NCBI GenBank assembly: GCA_035084275.1
Contig: CM068752.1
Location: 8,308,001-8,372,000, forward strand
Source of the DNA: Hydrolagus colliei
Taxonomy: Eukaryota
DNA: 64,000 bases
Direction of reading: 5' to 3'
The translations under genes and the position numbers were made by a program. Below, one piece after another: positions 62,097-64,000 of this stretch. How positions within the stretch are numbered: the first letter of the stretch is position 1; each line of letters starts with the position of its first letter. The notes beneath the pieces are model-generated. The model worked only from the letters and a program-made list of their open reading frames with translations, was not told the DNA's origin and searched no databases.

Positions 62097-62311
62097 AGGG
62101 CATCGAATCATCTCCAGTTCGGGCAGCAGGAGAGCAGAGCTGGACGCCCAGACTGGCCGTGAAGTTCCCCCCGCATCACCAGGCCACTGACTATCTACAC
62201 AATGTCTACATCCCGGGAACAACGGCCACCCTCTCCGGGAAATCCACCTCCGAACGCGAGGGGAAGAAATCCTTCATCACCTTCGGGAAGAAGAAGAAGA
62301 GCGGTAAATAA
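62097..62311 (+). CDS. Pcdh terminal constant exon 4 (coding part)
   Basis: Acceptor ttgtgccctaacag|, phase 1; encodes (E)GIESSP...DYLHNVYIPGTTATLSG...SFITFGKKKKSGK*; DY..NVYIPG..ATL is gamma-constant-like, while FITFGKK plus a Lys-rich end is alpha-constant-like. Confidence 0.92.
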
Positions 62312-63614
62312 GCTTTCAGCAGAACGAGAGAAACAGAGTTTAACAAAAGAACATTATTAATAATAATAATAGCAACAACAACAATATCGGCACTGCATGT
62401 CTGAAGCACGTTTTGTGTTTTTTTAGGAAAATGACTAAAATGTCACTTACTTACTTAAACCACTGGGACCAACCCGGTTTCCTTTTTTTTCCGCTGCCCT
62501 AAGTATTAGTTTGAAAGGGAATGGAGATTTTAAACTATAATAGGTATGTTCAGAGAGCTGGAATGCCTTGGAAGGAATCGGGACCCTTAAACCTAGCAAC
62601 TGCCATGGATGAAAATACCTTTGCACTATTAGAAATGTGCTGACTACATGTCTTCAATCGTTGACATGTGTAAAGTGCTGGTCATCAGTGTTGGTTATCA
62701 ATCACTGTTGTCAATCAGTTTCCAACCAAGCTGCTGGGTGCAAAGCAAAGTTTCTGAGCAGTCTAGCATTTCCCCCATGGGAAAAGAATTGGCTCAAACC
62801 ATCTCTCTCTCCAGCACACATCAACTGACTGGTTGAAAGCGCCCAGGGATTGAGAGGGATGCTTCATTGCAATTTTAAGTTCACTCCTTTTCTCACCAAA
62901 ATACCCAAGTAAAGTGAGAACCCCTTCTCCTGCTTCCCCCCCCGCCACCCACATCCACCCACAACCACGCCCCCCCCCCACCCCCCTCCCACCCACTCCT
63001 TCCCACCAGCCCCCAAGATGGTTAAAACGTTTGAAGAAAGATCCATTCCCTTTTTCAAAGACTTGTTACACATATTTCAACTATTGTCGGCAGCCACTGA
63101 TTTTACTCAATCCCATTCCCTAAGCTAACGTGTCTCCATTTAACAATTCCAACGTGTCACTCGGCCTTAACATAGATTAAGCAGCGTTTTGTCCCTAATT
63201 GTGCATGTTGCCCCATCCCCCGACCTCTGCCCCCCACCCTCTTCCCAGCCGACAAGGGTTATCGCTCTTATGAAATTTTCTGTAATTTATTTACCATCGA
63301 ACATCCCAGCTTTAATGTTCGGATGGTGTGTGGCAGATCATAAAAGAGAAAAACATGTGTGTATAAAACAAAGCAAAGCCTTCCTTCCTTTATGGGTTGA
63401 GTTGGGTCAGAACAATACCAACACATCCCATCCCATTCGTGGCCAAAGAGAAAGCTCCTTCCTGATATTCCTGATCTGACTCCATTGGAACTGTAGACAA
63501 TATTGGCTGTTTTATCAGGAGTTGGCCCCTGTCATAATATCTCAAAGAGATCTCATGATGGACAATGTCTGTTGCAAGGAAGAGAGACAGGCAGAGATTG
63601 AAATTGGAATTCAA

Positions 63615-63700
63615 TTGAGGTTGAGGTACAGATCGGCCATGAATGACGGAACAGGTTCGAGGGGCTGAATGGCCTACCCCTCTTCCTATATTCCTATAGG
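63615..63700 (+). mobile_element. CR1-type LINE 3'-end fragment
   Basis: ggaacaggttcgaggggctgaatggcctacccctcttcctatattcctat; a related minus-strand piece lies at ~36745-36772. Confidence 0.6.
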
Positions 63701-64000
63701 CAAGAAAGAGTGTGAGAAAGGGAGAAAGGGAAGAGTGGAAAAAGGGAACAAAGGACTAGAGGAAGGAAGGAAAAATATAAAATATTAATATGCTGAAAAT
63801 GCTTATAAATAAATTTTGTGGAACAAGGACTTGACTATTTAGATACCCCTTTAAGTCCTGAAATGTAATTTTTTTTTCTGAAAAACAGCAGCGATAACCC
63901 TATAATCATGATTTTTGTCTTCTGGACTGGAATAATGAGCCAAGGCTTTGTGAAAAGCCTTTGCTAACCAGTGCTAGAGCAAGCGCAAGTACTTTGTAGC

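Noticed and set aside
63808-63813. AATAAA as the cluster polyadenylation signal
   Set aside because: A single hexamer in AT-rich sequence; the 3' UTR end cannot be fixed without transcript data.

Overview
Vertebrate genomic DNA containing the 3' part of a clustered-protocadherin (Pcdh) subcluster, all on the + strand. A cartilaginous fish (shark-like) origin is inferred from the Deu-domain SINE, L2 and CR1-type repeats and from the Pcdh sequence type. Bases 1-39.9 kb hold the tail of one variable exon (V1) and 11 complete ~2.45-2.48 kb variable exons (V2-V12). Each encodes a signal peptide, EC1-EC6, a transmembrane helix and a Cys-rich variable cytoplasmic segment, and ends in a phase-0 GAG|GTGAG donor. 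A degenerate exon relic lies at ~40.3 kb. From splice signals and phase continuity I reconstruct four shared constant exons (45892-45950, 47684-47961, 58168-58278, 62097-62311) that join into one 220-aa intracellular domain. This tail mixes gamma-like and alpha-like motifs and includes an exon made mostly of a 12-bp coding minisatellite (Q-R-D/E-A/V x15). All 11 complete variable genes share a rigid upstream cassette: GCTTTAAG exactly 25 nt before ATTGG, then CCAAT 30 or 20 nt later, a CAG|GTA-like site 111-159 nt before the start codon, and an out-of-frame AUG at -16/-17. The array shows domain-level sequence homogenisation and one apparent unequal-crossover chimera (V9). Introns of the constant region carry many SINE/LINE fragments. 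No database search was possible, so subcluster names and novelty claims are unverified.
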